From Cycas panzhihuaensis (Eukaryota; Plantae; Cycadophyta), in the NCBI GenBank assembly GCA_023213395.1, contig CM041465.1, positions 221,905,741 through 221,969,740 of the forward strand: a stretch of 64,000 nucleotides of DNA, read 5' to 3'. Below, piece after piece: positions 38,301 through 52,263 of this stretch (positions within the stretch are counted from its first letter, which is position 1; each line of letters opens with the position of its first letter). Made by a program: the position numbers and the translations under genes. The notes beneath the pieces were generated by a model. The model was not told where the DNA came from. It made no database searches and saw only the letters and a program-made list of their open reading frames with translations.

Positions 38301-41300
38301 TAAACTTAGTGGAAACACCCAATAATAGATCTAAGACCTTTAGTAGGCTCAAAACAACTAACAATAGAGTAACTAGGGTTGCATATTTAAAAACGGGGGC
38401 TCTAACACCTACACAAACTAAAACAATACCTTTTACTTATTTGCACACCTCTATAGACCATTAAATTCCTACGAAACCTAAAATAGAATACTCTAGGATT
38501 AGTACACAATCATTTGCACCTCTGTGGTAGTTCTATTAGTCATTAGATAAGCTAATCCTCAATGGGTGAGCTAGCATGACCTAACAACTAATGATTGGAT
38601 AATCTAGACAATATATGCCTAATTCTGCACCTCCTACCACTATGATACCATGTTAGAGAACACAAAATATATAAATAGGATTAGAGGAATCATTTATAAA
38701 CATATTAGACTCAAGAGAATAAGCACACGAGATACTAGATTTGACGTGGGAACCTTGTGGAAAAAATCCACTAGAAAATAATATTATATTCACATTTTTT
38801 ATAGATCTAAAGTGTAACTTTATAATAGACCTTAGATCTATATTCATAGATCATAAGTGTACTGAATAATTAGGTTTACATTGTCAGCTCATTACAATAT
38901 TACATCAACAATATCCATATATTTAATATTAGTTGGTATGTAATACCTTTCCAACAATAAGTGTTATTAGATTTTAACCAGACCATTGATTAATTATGAT
39001 TAAGTAAGTGGTATATTATTTATAATAAAACATACTAAGATTTTAATGTAATTAGGAGTCAAATATAAATATAAGGGTGGCTCCTTTTGAGAGGAAACAA
39101 AGATTGTCCAAGTGCAAGTATAAGCATTAGCTCGAGTCGATCGTAGCTTTGTAGTATACCCTTTAAGTAGTCTAATATGCTACCAATTCATATTTAGAAC
39201 ATTAGTAAACCCTTTTGAATATTATAATCTTTTTAATTATATCTTATTGTGACTTATGTTATTAGATAATGGGTTTAAGGGATGGTCATTTTGACTTTTG
39301 TTTGATGTTGGAGTAGGGGATCAATAGTGATCTTTATTGGGTCACAACCCTAATCAATTTTCTTTTTTTCCCTTTACATCCCTTTAAGAGAATACCCTTT
39401 TAATCCAAAAAAAGTTTTACCTTTAAAGACAAACCTCCTATTGTGCTAAAAGATTGTCCTCAAATGTGGTACAAGTAATACCAATTAGGTTTTGGTTGTG
39501 GATTAAGGACTAGTACCTAGTATAAAATTGATGTAAGGGGATTATCTAATAAGGGAATTTTAACCTACACAACAAAATACCTTTGGCATTTCCTATATTT
39601 AATAGAATAGGGTGTTACCTTATAATAACATACATATTTATATGGTATATAACCTGATTTAAAGAGGTGGATTTGTTTAACAAAATTTATAGGATTTTGA
39701 ATAATATTTATACTAGTTTTATTTGTAGTGTCTTAATTAGCAAAGTGATATTATTAAGTTATGCAATAATATATCATTATCATTTAGTAGTTGTAGGCTT
39801 AAAATAATTAAGGTAACCCTATAACAAAATATACTTAGAGATGTTAATTCTTTAAGGGCGGGTCACTCACCAAAGCCTCTAGGATCATTTAAAAGATTTT
39901 AGGTAAACATGATATATGCGTTTTCATTAGTTAGGTAGTTAAGGTTTAAGGTTTAAAATAGGTTGACAATTAAAGTCAATCTTCATCGTTTATATTAATG
40001 GTTAAGGATGGTTAGAAAAATAGGATTAATCCTAATCTCTTCACATTCCATTTTACTCCATGTGCTTGTAACCTATCGAGGGTGTAGGTGTGGAATTTAG
40101 GGGAGAAACAAATGTAAAGGTTAGCATAGAGTCAATCAAAATCAATGTAATATAAATTTTATTATGGAATTGAGATAGTAATTGCCATCATTGCCCCTTC
40201 ATACCTAGGGAGGAGTTAATCCAACATTCTTCCTATATTATATTAATTTCTTTAAAATTAGGGAAAATCATGAGTTTTTACTTAATTGACCTTGTGATAT
40301 AAAAAGGTATGTGAATCTTCCATGATGGCTAATTAGTATAATTTAATATATTGATTACCTTTCAACAAAATTCCTAAATAATTAACTTGAATCAATGTAT
40401 AAGTTGCCTTACCAATTTAGGATAAATTTAATTTTTGGGGCCTCTAAAATTGAATAGCTAGAAATCTATAATTCTTCCCTTCATAATATTTGATGTGTAC
40501 ATTTACCTTTGATCAATTGATAAACAAATAGATATACAATTTGATAACCCAAAATTCAAGCTCTATTGTTCGGGTGTGGGGTGGGAAATTAGTAAATCTC
40601 TCTATTAAATCTAAACCTAGTTAAGGAGCTATTTTTTTATAGGTATTTTATGGGCATCCATATTTGACATGTAGAGCAACCCTTTTGGGTTGGTTGGGTT
40701 TTGACGAGCAAAGTTTCATCATCAAGTATAAGCCTTATCAAGGTAGACATGGTGTTTATACATAATTTTTTTTTCTTTCTATTCAATTTCAAGGTGTGAA
40801 GCATCTATGTGGATATAATATTCATGTTAAAATTGGGTAGCTAGGGTTTTGGTAGGTAATTTATTGGCTACCATATTATGGGTGTAAAATAACCCTTTAC
40901 ATAGCAAAATCAAAGTTTAGTTGAGATGGTTATGATTTTGATAGATATATCCTTTTGTTGTAGGATTTAATGGGCAAGGAATACATGGATAAAACATATT
41001 TTATGCTTCAACAATTCAATCTTAGTTGGACTAGTTAAGATTCTGATAGGGAATTTAATTTGTTACTAGTAGTTGATGCATGAAATGACCTTTGATAATA
41101 GGATTGTATGTTTTAATCTCCAAGCCCTATTGGGCTGTTAAGGCTTAGAGATCTTAATTTGAGTAATGAGTGCTCCTCCTAGTGATGAGGTGTGATGATT
41201 CATCTCAGTCATAATTAAGGGGATTTGAGTGTGATTACTATCAATTGTCTTAATAACATTCATCTTAGTTGTGATCTATAATGAGTTATTTTTTAGTATG

Positions 41301-43732
41301 GCCTTCACATGGTCAAAGAAGACCTTTCAATAAATGGGAAATAGTGCTTTGTAATATATTAGATGCTACCTAGATTAGATCACTTAGACCAATATGATAG
41401 GCAATGATAAAGAAAAACCTTTTATCTATATATCCTATAAATCTTACTCATCATTTTCTTCTAACCAACCCTAATCCAAAACCCAAGAAGGTATACCTCT
41501 TATAAGTTTATTCATTGGATTAGGTTGGGCTTCTGAATGATATATCTGAAATCCTATGGGATCTTAAACTCAATATTCATAAGGTAAAAGTTTCAAGAAC
41601 CCCTGGGGTCAAAGTTTTGCACCTCTTCTACATCATAAATGCACATAAAAAAGAGGCAAGGTGATGTGTGTGATCACTTGAAATTTATTCCAAGTGAATC
41701 CATGATTCTTTGTGATCTCTAAATAGCCCTAATCCTGGTTGAGTTTCAAATAACTCCTTAAATCATCTCTAGTGGATCAATTTTGGCGATTACTCAATGA
41801 GTCTTTCATCAATTGAATGGGGTTTCTACTAGTGATAATTTATTATTCTACACCTACTCTAAAATAGTTGTTCTATGTCATTAATTTCTCTTGAAAGATT
41901 ATATGCAATTATTAGATGGTTTCCTATTTCATAGAGGTAGACTCTTTAGTTGGTGGTTTTATGAAGATCCCTTTTTTTTTTTTCTTCCAAGCTTCCTCTA
42001 GTTACCTAATGGCCATTGTATTTAGTTATTCACTCTTTTACTTTGAAAATCAAAGGTTAATAATGAGTTTTGAACTACATCAACTATCATACTTTCAAAG
42101 ATACATATCATAGTGATATTCCCTCTATATACCTAACTAGTTTGAATCTCACATTATTGTCTCTATATGTTCCATAGATATAAGAATATTAAGCCAAAAG
42201 AAATTTATTATTTTTAAGAGCATGAAGGAAAAATTCAACATGAGAGAGCTCGATAGTGGTTTACTCATTGGAACACTTGGATTGGAATCAACTTAGTAGA
42301 AATTGGGAAGCCTGGAAAGTTAGGGGCACTAGTAAAATAAAGAAGAACCTATAACTGACTTGAGAATGCCCTATTGGTAAGATCTTCCCCAAAAATATTA
42401 GATCCGACTTTATTAACAAGTTGGCAAGCTCTTCCTCTAAAATATTAGATCACTTTCTTTGTCTTGGTTGAGTTACAATGAAGCCTTTCCTCAACTCTCT
42501 TATCACTCCAAAAGTTTAAAATACACATGTTTATCCTCCTTTTCTTACACTCTAAAACATCTTAATCCATAACTTAAACACATCTACATAACCATCTTAA
42601 AAAGCTAATGAAATAACATTATGAAATGTAAAGTTCTAGAAATCTTTTATATTTTGGTTTTGTGCCTTTTGGAAATCTTGAATGTGTTAAGCTTTATCTT
42701 TGGGAATTTGTCAAATCCTATTCACTATCAGGACATAGTACTAGCCATTTATCACTTATTACTTAACCAATATTTATATTGGACATCTTCTTACTACTTA
42801 TTAAGGTGGTTTTTCATTTACAATTTATGGTATATAATAGTATTTTCCATTTTTATTTATCATGAATATTTGCATGGTTGATGTTGCTATTATAATTATT
42901 ATTTACATATGCTTGACGGATATTAGGTAGAATTAGCACTATTATTAGATCAATTTCTAGTTTAATATTTAAACTATATCATACATGTATCTTGTTAAAT
43001 TTTTGGGTTCCTAAACTTAGAATTAATTTTAGTTTGGGGAAAATTTTATGCTCTTAGTCTTTAGGATAGGATAGAGTTAAACGTAGATTTGGGTTCTCTC
43101 ATTATTGCTTCTCTTCAACCCTTGATTAGACTCTACCTGACTTTGGCTAATGACTCTATAATAAATATATTAATGACACCAAATATAGATTCCTTGGGCT
43201 AGACAACGGTGGTAAATTGGTCTCAAGCATACTTGACCCAAGAGCTCAAATCATTTTGAGGCCTTTGGGAAGAAATATAATGCTTTAATTGAGTGTAACT
43301 AAATCTAGTATTGGCCCTTTTTAATATGTGAGTTTTCTTTTTTCTTTTTTATATTAGGCAATTTAAGAAATCTACTTTTCAAGCTCTAATACCAAATTGT
43401 AATAGTCCTTTATTCTATATGTAATGCAATATGTATTTTGGATTCCATTTTATTGAAATAAACAAATTATAATAGTATCTATTACATTGTTCATTGGTAA
43501 TATTCTTTGATTATTCAAGCATAAATTCCTTATCAATATTTTTAAAATAATGGCATGTTATCATCCACACAAAGATTGGCGATTGTAATGAAACTAAAGA
43601 AATGTAATCTATAATATATATAAGTTTATTTAGATTTAATAAAGATATTTATTGCATCAATAGTTATAGGTTACATATTTGTATTTAATGAATTAATATG
43701 AGGATAGGCCAAGAGGAGGAGTTTGTAATAAT

Positions 43733-46700
43733 ATGGTGCCTAAATTGGGTTATGATCTCCTTAACACAATGCTTAAAATAAAAGGATATATCTCCATTGA
43801 CATCATGTCAAATTCCTAAAGTAGGTTTCACCAACCTTCAATATGGTTTCAAGCTATTATGGCAAGTACAATCCTGCACCTCTTCATGGCCTTCTACATA
43901 TCAAGATTCTAACTAGGATATAAAATCTTGTTAGATAAAATTCATCTTACCTTTAGGAATCTAAAGCTTATTCCTCTCTCTCTTTCCTCTTCCATATATA
44001 TATATATATATATATTTTATAGTTGGTCACCAAGAGGTATGACTCTTTTTTTATTATGTCCTTTCATACATATATTAATTAATCATGCATTAATGGTAAT
44101 TTACTTATTCACTTTAATTAAGTTTTTATTTCTCCCAATAAGGGAAATTAGGTATGTGACACAAACATATTATCTTTTCCCAATTCCATAAGGTCATCTA
44201 TAAGAAAACAATTTAATTCCTTTATACCATTAATGATTTTTTCATTTACATGTGCCTAACATTCTACTTCTTCATTGAAACTATGGCTTGTTTAATTTAT
44301 TTACATGCATTTTTAATCAAGAGCTAAAAACGAGGGATAATAATCTCTACCTAGATTTCATCACCAAGGGAGAGGGGTGACCTTACACCTAAGGTGGGTT
44401 GTATCTTTATTGTATTTTAAGCAAGCTAGTCATAGGTGGTTATCTCAACTGCATGCAGTTGGAAGAATTAAGTACCATTAGTCCCATTGAGAGTAACCTA
44501 TCTTACCTCTTTTCAACTCTAGGAGCTTAAGGCCCATCAAAATCTAATACATGTATCTTCTAGACCTTCCACACTTACAAGTGGGTTATTATTAGAGGAA
44601 TAAGTACTCACTGACTTATCCATGAGTGGATTGTGAAGGAATGATAGATCTAAGGAATAAATTACTCACATGTACACAATGGAAATGGAGAATGAAGAAG
44701 AGATTAAAATAAGATATGAGAGCAAATCTTAAAGGTGAGAATGAATAATGACTCCCTCCTTGAGATTTTGCCTTTTATTATTGAGGGTAAGCATTAGAGT
44801 TAGGATTTTGCTCCTAATGACATGAACTCAAAATTATATCTAAATGCACATAAAGTGTATTTCACTACAAGACTAATACTAACATTATACCATAAGGTCA
44901 CTTAATTAATATACACAAATGACCTTAATACATTAACCTCTTTCAATCCCCCCTAAATGATAGAAGGTTATTTTAAAAAAATCTATTATATAAGATCTTT
45001 ATTTTAGCCTCATTATTATATTGAAATTCTAAATGATACTTTTGTGGGAAAACCCTTATGGAAAATAAAAACTCATGGACTTTTTAAGATCTATAGCCCT
45101 TTTTATAAATTAAAATAGCTAAGGTGGCTCTTGATGTAGCCTGATAGCTAAGCAACTTGATTTGTTGAATCTCCATATATCATTTGGTCATCCCCTATGC
45201 CCTTGCAAGTTTTCATAGATTTTGATTTTCCAAAACTAGTACAACCCTTATTCTCCCATGCCCACATGGGGTTTTCACAAATAGGATAGAGCAAAGACTT
45301 ACTCTTATTCTTCTATACCCATAAGGGATTTTCATGAAGAGAATAGAGTATGATGATCTTATTACCATCTTCTTTGATCAGTCGAAGATATAGGCTCTGA
45401 GGCTAAGCTACCTTCAGAACTATTCAAGGTATTAGCCACTTGATCTGCTCTGAGGTAGTATTCTGATTAAATTATGCCATCATAAACTAGTTCTCTAATC
45501 TTGTGGACTTTTCTACTTATGTGTTTGATATGATCATGAAATATAAGATTTTTTGCCATATGGATTGCTGATTGATTATCTACACAAAAGTTGGTAGGAT
45601 TTATTTGGGTGATATTCAATGTTTCTAATAATTTTCTAAACCATATCAACTCCTTACTAGTCTCAGAAGCAACAGTGTATTCAGCTTTGACAATCAAATT
45701 AGTAACTATCTTTTGTCATCTAGATCTCCATGATATTGGTGCTATTCTAAGAAATGTTGCATACCCAAACATAGATCTTCACGTATCTTTATCTCCTACA
45801 AAGTCTAAGTCTCTATATGCAGAAAGCTTAAATTCATTATTAGGTTCATATAATAGACCAAATTTGTTGGTTGTCTTTAGGTGTTTTAACACTTGAATTG
45901 TAGCTTGCTAGTGATTCTACTTAGGATTTATCATGAATCATATAAAAATACTGACAGAGTGTGTAATATATAGCCTTACATTGTTAGTGTAGATGAGGCC
46001 ACCTATAAGTTTCTCATAGAGTGTTACGTTTGCCTCCCTAGTATCACCATCAACTAAGAGTTTGGTATTAGGGTCCATAGGTATAGCCACTGATCAAGCA
46101 TTTTTTAACTAAAACTTCGTTAAAAGATCATTGACGTATTTTTCTTAGGAGAGGAAAATTTTTTCATTCTTTTGTATTACTTCAATTCCTAAGTAATATT
46201 TCATCAATATAAGGTCAAACAATTTAAACATTTTGCCAAGGTCCTTTTTCAACTAGCTTATTACATGTTTACTGCTACCCATTGCTAACATATCATCCAT
46301 AAAGATTATGAGATAAGTGACTTTATCTTTTTGCCACTGGATGCATAATGTTGTATCAATAGCTTGGTAGTCACAAACCTCATATCCAAGTTACTTCATT
46401 CTTTTAGACAAATTGGAAAACCAAACAAAAGGAGCTTATTTAAGGCCATACAAGGACTTTTTGAGTTTGTAAACCTTATGCTCTTGACCTTTGATATTGT
46501 ATCCTTTTGGTTGAGCCATGTAAATTTCTTCTTCAAGATCCCCATTTAGAAACATGATTTTAATATCAAGATGGTAAATTTTTTAGCCCTATTGAGCAGC
46601 CAAGGCCACAATAGTTCTAATTGTAGGCCACTTAGTTGTAGGTGTAAAGACTTTAGTGTAGTTAATGCCTTCCCATTGTGTGGATCCTTTAGCTACCAAT

Positions 46701-47656
46701 ATTACCTTCTATTTTTCCAGGGTGCCATCTAATATGTATTTATTTTTAAACACACATTTATTTTGAACTACCTTTCTACCAAGTGGTAGATCAATGTACT
46801 CCCATGTACTATTTTTTATGAGAGATTGGTATTCTTCATTCATTACATTTCTCCAAACTATATATTTCATAGCTTTTTGGTATAAGAGGGGCTCTTCATT
46901 AAGAGTAAGGTGTAGTTCTATTGGTTCAAGCTTAGTATATAATGATTCCTACATCCTTACTCTATGGGCACTTCGAGTGCTAGTTTTATCTACCTCATCT
47001 GGTCATATGTCCTTGTTAAGTTGGTGGGCTTTATGAGATCCTTGAGTTAGGAATGAGATCCTCATTTCCTCAACTTCTTGGTTCTTATTTTGTTCATTAA
47101 AATTATCATTTTCTGAGTAGGATATTGGCATGCCTAGGGGAGATGATCCTTCTACCACTATTTTGCCTTTATTAACTGAAGATAGAGAGGATGACTCTTT
47201 TATAATGGCTTTACCTTTGTCAACTCGGTTACCTTCAAAAGATGGTGTTGTATATATATTCATCAGTTCTGAGTCATAACTTATATCCTCTAAGGCTCTA
47301 TTATCAACTTCTAATATTTGGAGTAATTTATGTGTGTCTCCCCTCTAAATTTTAGAATCTGAACATCATACTTGATAACATCATTATAGCGGCATGAGGG
47401 TGTTTTAAAGCCTAATCTAAGCAACTAATCCTCTAGTCTCCACAAAAATCACATCTCTAGTAATGATGATTTTTCATTCTAAAGGTATAAATACCTCATA
47501 TCCTTTCTTGTCCATGGGATATCCCATAAAGATGCCTTTAAGTACCCTTAATTGGAGTTTATTTCAATTTGCATCTAGAATATGGGCATAGCATGTAGAG
47601 CCAATAATTTTAAAGTAGTGAACAATTGGGGCTTGTCTTGACCATTTTTCATTAGA
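43733..47656 (+). repeat. Segmental duplication, copy 1 (copy 2 at 56597-64000)
   Basis: Colinear high identity across the H LTR end, its TSD, the flanking DNA and the 3' half of copia D. Confidence 0.93.
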
Positions 47657-50600
47657 TGATTATCCTTTCTTTGATGGGCTAATAACATTGATGCAATAAA
47701 TAACTATCTAGATGGCTTCAACCCATAAGTAGGTAGGTATATTTTTGTATACCCATATAGCTTGAGCCATGTTCATGATTGTCATATTCATGCACTTGAC
47801 AACACGATTTTATTGTGAGGTACCTATTATTGTTGTTTGATGTTTGATGCCATTATCTTAAAGGTAGCTTTCAAACTTATGTGAGGTATATTCATCATTA
47901 TTATCAGTTCAAAGACATTTGAGTTAATAACCTGACTCTTTTTTAGTGTAGGCTTTGAATTCTTTAAATACACAAAAGGTTTCATCTTTCTTATGTAGAA
48001 ATGCTACCCATATTTTCTTAATGAAATCATAAATGAAAGAGATATAATATAACTTACACTTCAGTGAAGGAATGGGCATTGGTCTACATAAATTAGAGTG
48101 TACTAATTGTAATAGATGGCTCAATTTCCACTGACTTTTGGGAAAGCGTTGTCGATGAGATTTGGTAATGATGCAAGCTTCACATTTAAAGGGCTTGAAA
48201 GAGAACTTTGGAAGACATGGAAGAGTGTTACAAAGATCTCTAAGTCTATCAATATAAACATGGCCTATGTAAGCATGCCAAAGAGCTTATAGTGATAATG
48301 TTGGGTAGGTCAGGATGGTATTAAATGTAAATTCTTCATTAGCATAGGGGCTTTGGGCACAATAGGCTTTAGAAGATGGAGAGTTATTTAGTCAAAATAG
48401 TTTACCATTGAAATGTCCAGTCAAAACTACTTAATTAGTTGGAGGGTAAATGACATGGAAAGTTTAGTCATTTATGGTTACAATCAAATGAAATCCACTA
48501 GAGACAAGTGTGGATAAGGAGATGAGGTTTTATTTGATATTGGGTATATATAGGACATTAAGCAATGTAAAATCTCTTAAGCCTAGGAGTTTTAGGTGAA
48601 TATTACCAAGTCCTTTACCAGGTTGTTGTGATTTGTCAGCCATGTGAACAACTTCTTAAATATTTAAGTCAAATGTTTTATATAGACTATGATTGTACAT
48701 CATATGTTGAACTGCTCTTATGTCTATAATCCACTGTCTATCAATTAAAACAACGCTATTTGCAATTCTAATAGAAGTTGGCATTAGTGAAGGGAATTCA
48801 CAAGTGATATATCTACATTAAGCTCCAAAGTATTTCTCTGATTAGCCAATGGCATTTGATGTTGAAGATCCCTCAATTCTTTAAAAGTGTGCTTGTACAA
48901 AACCTACACCACTAAATGATTCTTCTCAAGTTTCTTCAATATTGTGAGATCTATGTTTTGGTTGGAACTTGGCAAACTTATAAGTGGTAGTTGTGTAGTC
49001 TTTTGTAAAGTTCCCTTTACAGTTATACCAATCACATATAATAGTTTGATTGCCAATCCTTAAAGAGGTACTAGTTTGGACTATCTATCTCATTTTTTGT
49101 TGAGGTGGCCTTAGCCTTGAGAATGTTAAGGCTATGAGTGAGAGTTTGGTTAACCTTGTGGATGATCGCCCATGTTTCTTCCTCTTCCTCTTGCTCAGTT
49201 GTTTCCTCTGCCACGAGAGGGACCTTGGTTCTTTGTATAGCAAGCTTCTTCTTCCACCTTAAAGGTTGCATCTGGAAGAGAGTTAGAGGCTACAATGTTA
49301 GTATCAAAGGTCTTGTCAAGTTCTATGAACTTCTTAGTAAGTGCTTTGAAGTTGAGTATTTTCAATATTTCACTAGATTAAAGACTACTAAACAAGTTTT
49401 TATAATAAGGGACATGTAGACATGATTAGATCAAGAATGTCCAAGTGATATATTTAGTATTAAAATCTTTATCAATTACTTATTTTATTAGTTGAAGGAG
49501 ATTTATTGTCTCATGTGCTCATCCCTAATGTACTTTTAATTTGTTCATTTTCAAAATAAGATGAACAAATTCTAAGTCTAGCTTGATATCAAAGTTCTTC
49601 TTGAGAACTTCACGGGCCTTCAAGGTTGTATCATGTTGCTCTTCATAAATCAAGTTGTGTAAGGAGTGATTAATAACCAACAAAATTCCTACATGAATCT
49701 TTTCATCATCTATCTCCCATTATAGTTTAGTTGTGATATTTATAAGAGCTATTAGAGAAGTTCCACCAAAAGTAGGTGTTGTAATTATTGCAGGTATGAT
49801 GGGTGTAGGCTACAAGTGGGCTCTCTAAAGGCCTTCATACTTTATAGCATTTTTAACTCCAGTGTATCACAAATCCTAATTTTCTTTACCTTTTAATATA
49901 TAGTTGACATTTTGCCTGAATTGAGATAACATGGTGACAATAAAGAAGTAGAAGAAATAATAGAAGTATGTGCTACTAACATGTGTGATTAATACACCTA
50001 GTGTAGTAAGGATGTAGAAATCAATGCTATGATAAGAAGGCAAGTAATGATTAAGTATTTTTTAACAATTATAAAGAATAAGTATAAGCAATGATGTAAG
50101 AATGAGACATAATATCCAGCTAACAAATAGTGGTGATGTGTTATGCCACTAACCTCTAACTTATGTCTAAATGTAGGTGAGGTTTTGATGCCTAAGACTT
50201 CAAGTATATGATTAGGGCCTTCACCCATGATGCCCACACCTATGCTTGGTGATGAAATCAAAGTCATAGTAGAGCTTAGGTACTCTCAATCCTCACCCAA
50301 TTCAATAGTGAGTAGCTATATACCTCCTCCAAAGAGTAAAATAATACGTGCATATCCTACAGCTATGATGAATATTAGACCGGGTTAATTTTAATCTTGC
50401 ATTAAGGTTTTAGTTGTCTTGATTGGTTATTAGGATAATCCTTGAAGGGAGCCTATAAGTATGGCTAACCTATAACTCCACCAGTATTCTGATTAAGACC
50501 AAACCTAGTATGAAGCTCACACCTCCCTTAGGGCTTGGGCTTCAGCCAACTATGGTCTATTTCAACCAAGGTGAGTATGCGCACAAGTCAAGAACTAGCG

Positions 50601-52188
50601 ATATAAGTCAAATGTAATGTCTTCATTTTAGAAAATATGTAAACATGTCTATGTTTATATTGTTGAATGAATTGCTAATGTTTTGATGCTTGCTTTTACA
50701 CCTCCTTTTTATTGCTTTTGTCTATCAATGTGCATGTATATGAACAAACATACAAAGATGCTAAGTATAAACACTAGATTTTGTTATGATCTAGGTGTTT
50801 TACTATTACAATAAGTTTTTGTACTTTTACTATTTGAAAAACCCCTTCTTTTTTTGTTATGAAAGGGAAAAAGTATAAAACTTAAATATTTACTTCTAAA
50901 CTTGAATTTTAATGAAAAAAGAAAGTGTTAGGAAAAGTGAGAGAAATCTAAATCTTTTGTTAGAAACTTCTATATGGTCATGTAACCATATGAAATAGCT
51001 AAAACATTTTGGTTCAAAACTTCACTCTCCTAGATGATATATCTCTCTATAATAAGTCAAAAATTTGTTTAGCAAAACTTCTAAAAATGAGCAAAAATAA
51101 CCTAAAACTCATCGAAACTCCTATAAGACTTTCATAAGCAAAAATTAAAATTTTGAAGAAATCTCTCTCTCTAGTATATACAATCTAATAAAACTTAATT
51201 TTTTGATTTCCTTGAGGCTAGATCTATTGAAGCCCTTAAGAAATTTTGACATGCATTAAAAGTTTTAAGAAAATTTCTTAAAAAATAGTCAGATTAGCCC
51301 TATTTGAACTTCTACTTTATGAAGTTCATCAATGTAGAGCTTAGAGATGGTGTAGAAAACAAAATTGTTTGTCTTGCTTAGGCATCCTTTCTTGCAAATT
51401 TTTACAAAAAATGGACGACTTTTAATTTTCACCTATCGTAGAGCTAAACAACCTTTTTCTGAACTATTTAAGCTTATTTTTGTTACCTGCAAGTAGCTAA
51501 AAATTTGTTCTATAACTTTACAACATAGTTTTTATAACTAATAATTAATGTATGATGAGTAATCAATAGAATCTCTCTTACTAAAATTTAAAATTAGCTA
51601 TAAAGATTGATAAAAAGTTAATTTTTTTCGGGACCTTAAAACTAGGAAACCTTCTTCTGGTTAACAATTTTAAACGTCAATGCACTTGCAAATAAATAGA
51701 GGATATTAAAATATACTATAAATGAAATACATGCTTTGTATGATAAAAAAACTTTCATAATTTTAAAAATAATAAATGCACTCTCAATACTTCACATTAA
51801 AGGTGAAGAAGAGATAAAATGACTACATGCAAATGGAATGGACTGAATAGATCCTCTTCTTGCTCTAATACCACATGATAGAAAGATGGATCTAGGGAAT
51901 ACATCACTTACATGTATATAATGGTAATATAGAATGAAGAAGAGATGAAAATAAGATATGAGAGCAAAGCTTGGAGGTGAGAATGAATAATGACTCATTC
52001 CTTAATATTTTACCTTTTATTATTGAGGGTGGGCATTAGTGTTAGGATTTTTTTGCCTAATGACATAAATATAAAATTGCATACAAATACACATAAAGCA
52101 CATTTTACTAAAATACTAATGCTAACAATATACACTAAATTCATTTAATTAATCTACACAAATAACCTTGATACATTAACCTCTTTCA
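44634..52188 (-). mobile_element. Full-length degenerate Ty1/copia element D
   Basis: LTRs 44634-44945 and 51876-52188. PBS complement GCTCTAATACCA at 51862-51873. PPT at 44946-44954. TSD GATTG/AATCA, consistent with a decayed GATCG. Confidence 0.9.
45390..49930 (-). pseudogene. Copia gag-pol of element D
   Basis: RH AEYTVA..ELIWFRKLL..VDNQSAI; RT ~45900-46870; INT LQLVHSNLCRPM..ISFIYDF; protease WIIDIRAVQHM at ~48703-48735; gag ~48950-49900. Confidence 0.9.
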
Positions 52189-52263
52189 AATCAACCCCAT
52201 TATCCTTATTCTTTCATACCTCTACTCCACTCAGTCCTCCCCTTTTTTTATTAAGTCTCATTA

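Larger units (their letters stand above)
34405..38956 (-). mobile_element. Internally eroded Ty1/copia element E, related to B
   Basis: LTRs 34405-34725 and 38651-38956. TSD ATAAA/ATAAG. PBS complement ACTATGATACCA at 38639-38650. PPT at 34726-34734. Patchy RH/RT/INT at 35400-36700. Confidence 0.88.
32242..44161 (-). mobile_element. Degenerate Ty3/gypsy element H (hosts copia E)
   Basis: LTRs 32242-32991 and 43398-44161. Perfect TSD CAAAC. PBS complement GCTCTAATACCA at 43383-43394. Decayed gag/PR/RT/RH at ~39000-42400; INT-like remnants at ~33300-34300. Confidence 0.85.

Noticed and set aside
43928-44191. Hydrophobic ORF repeated at 60321..60506
   Set aside because: It spans a TA microsatellite and an LTR boundary, and is repeated only because of the duplication.
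45591-45896. 101-aa plus-strand ORF and its paralogs (61954..62241, 46364..46549, 62709..63077, 49138..49419)
   Set aside because: These are shadow frames antisense to copia gag-pol. Their recurrence is explained by the segmental duplication.
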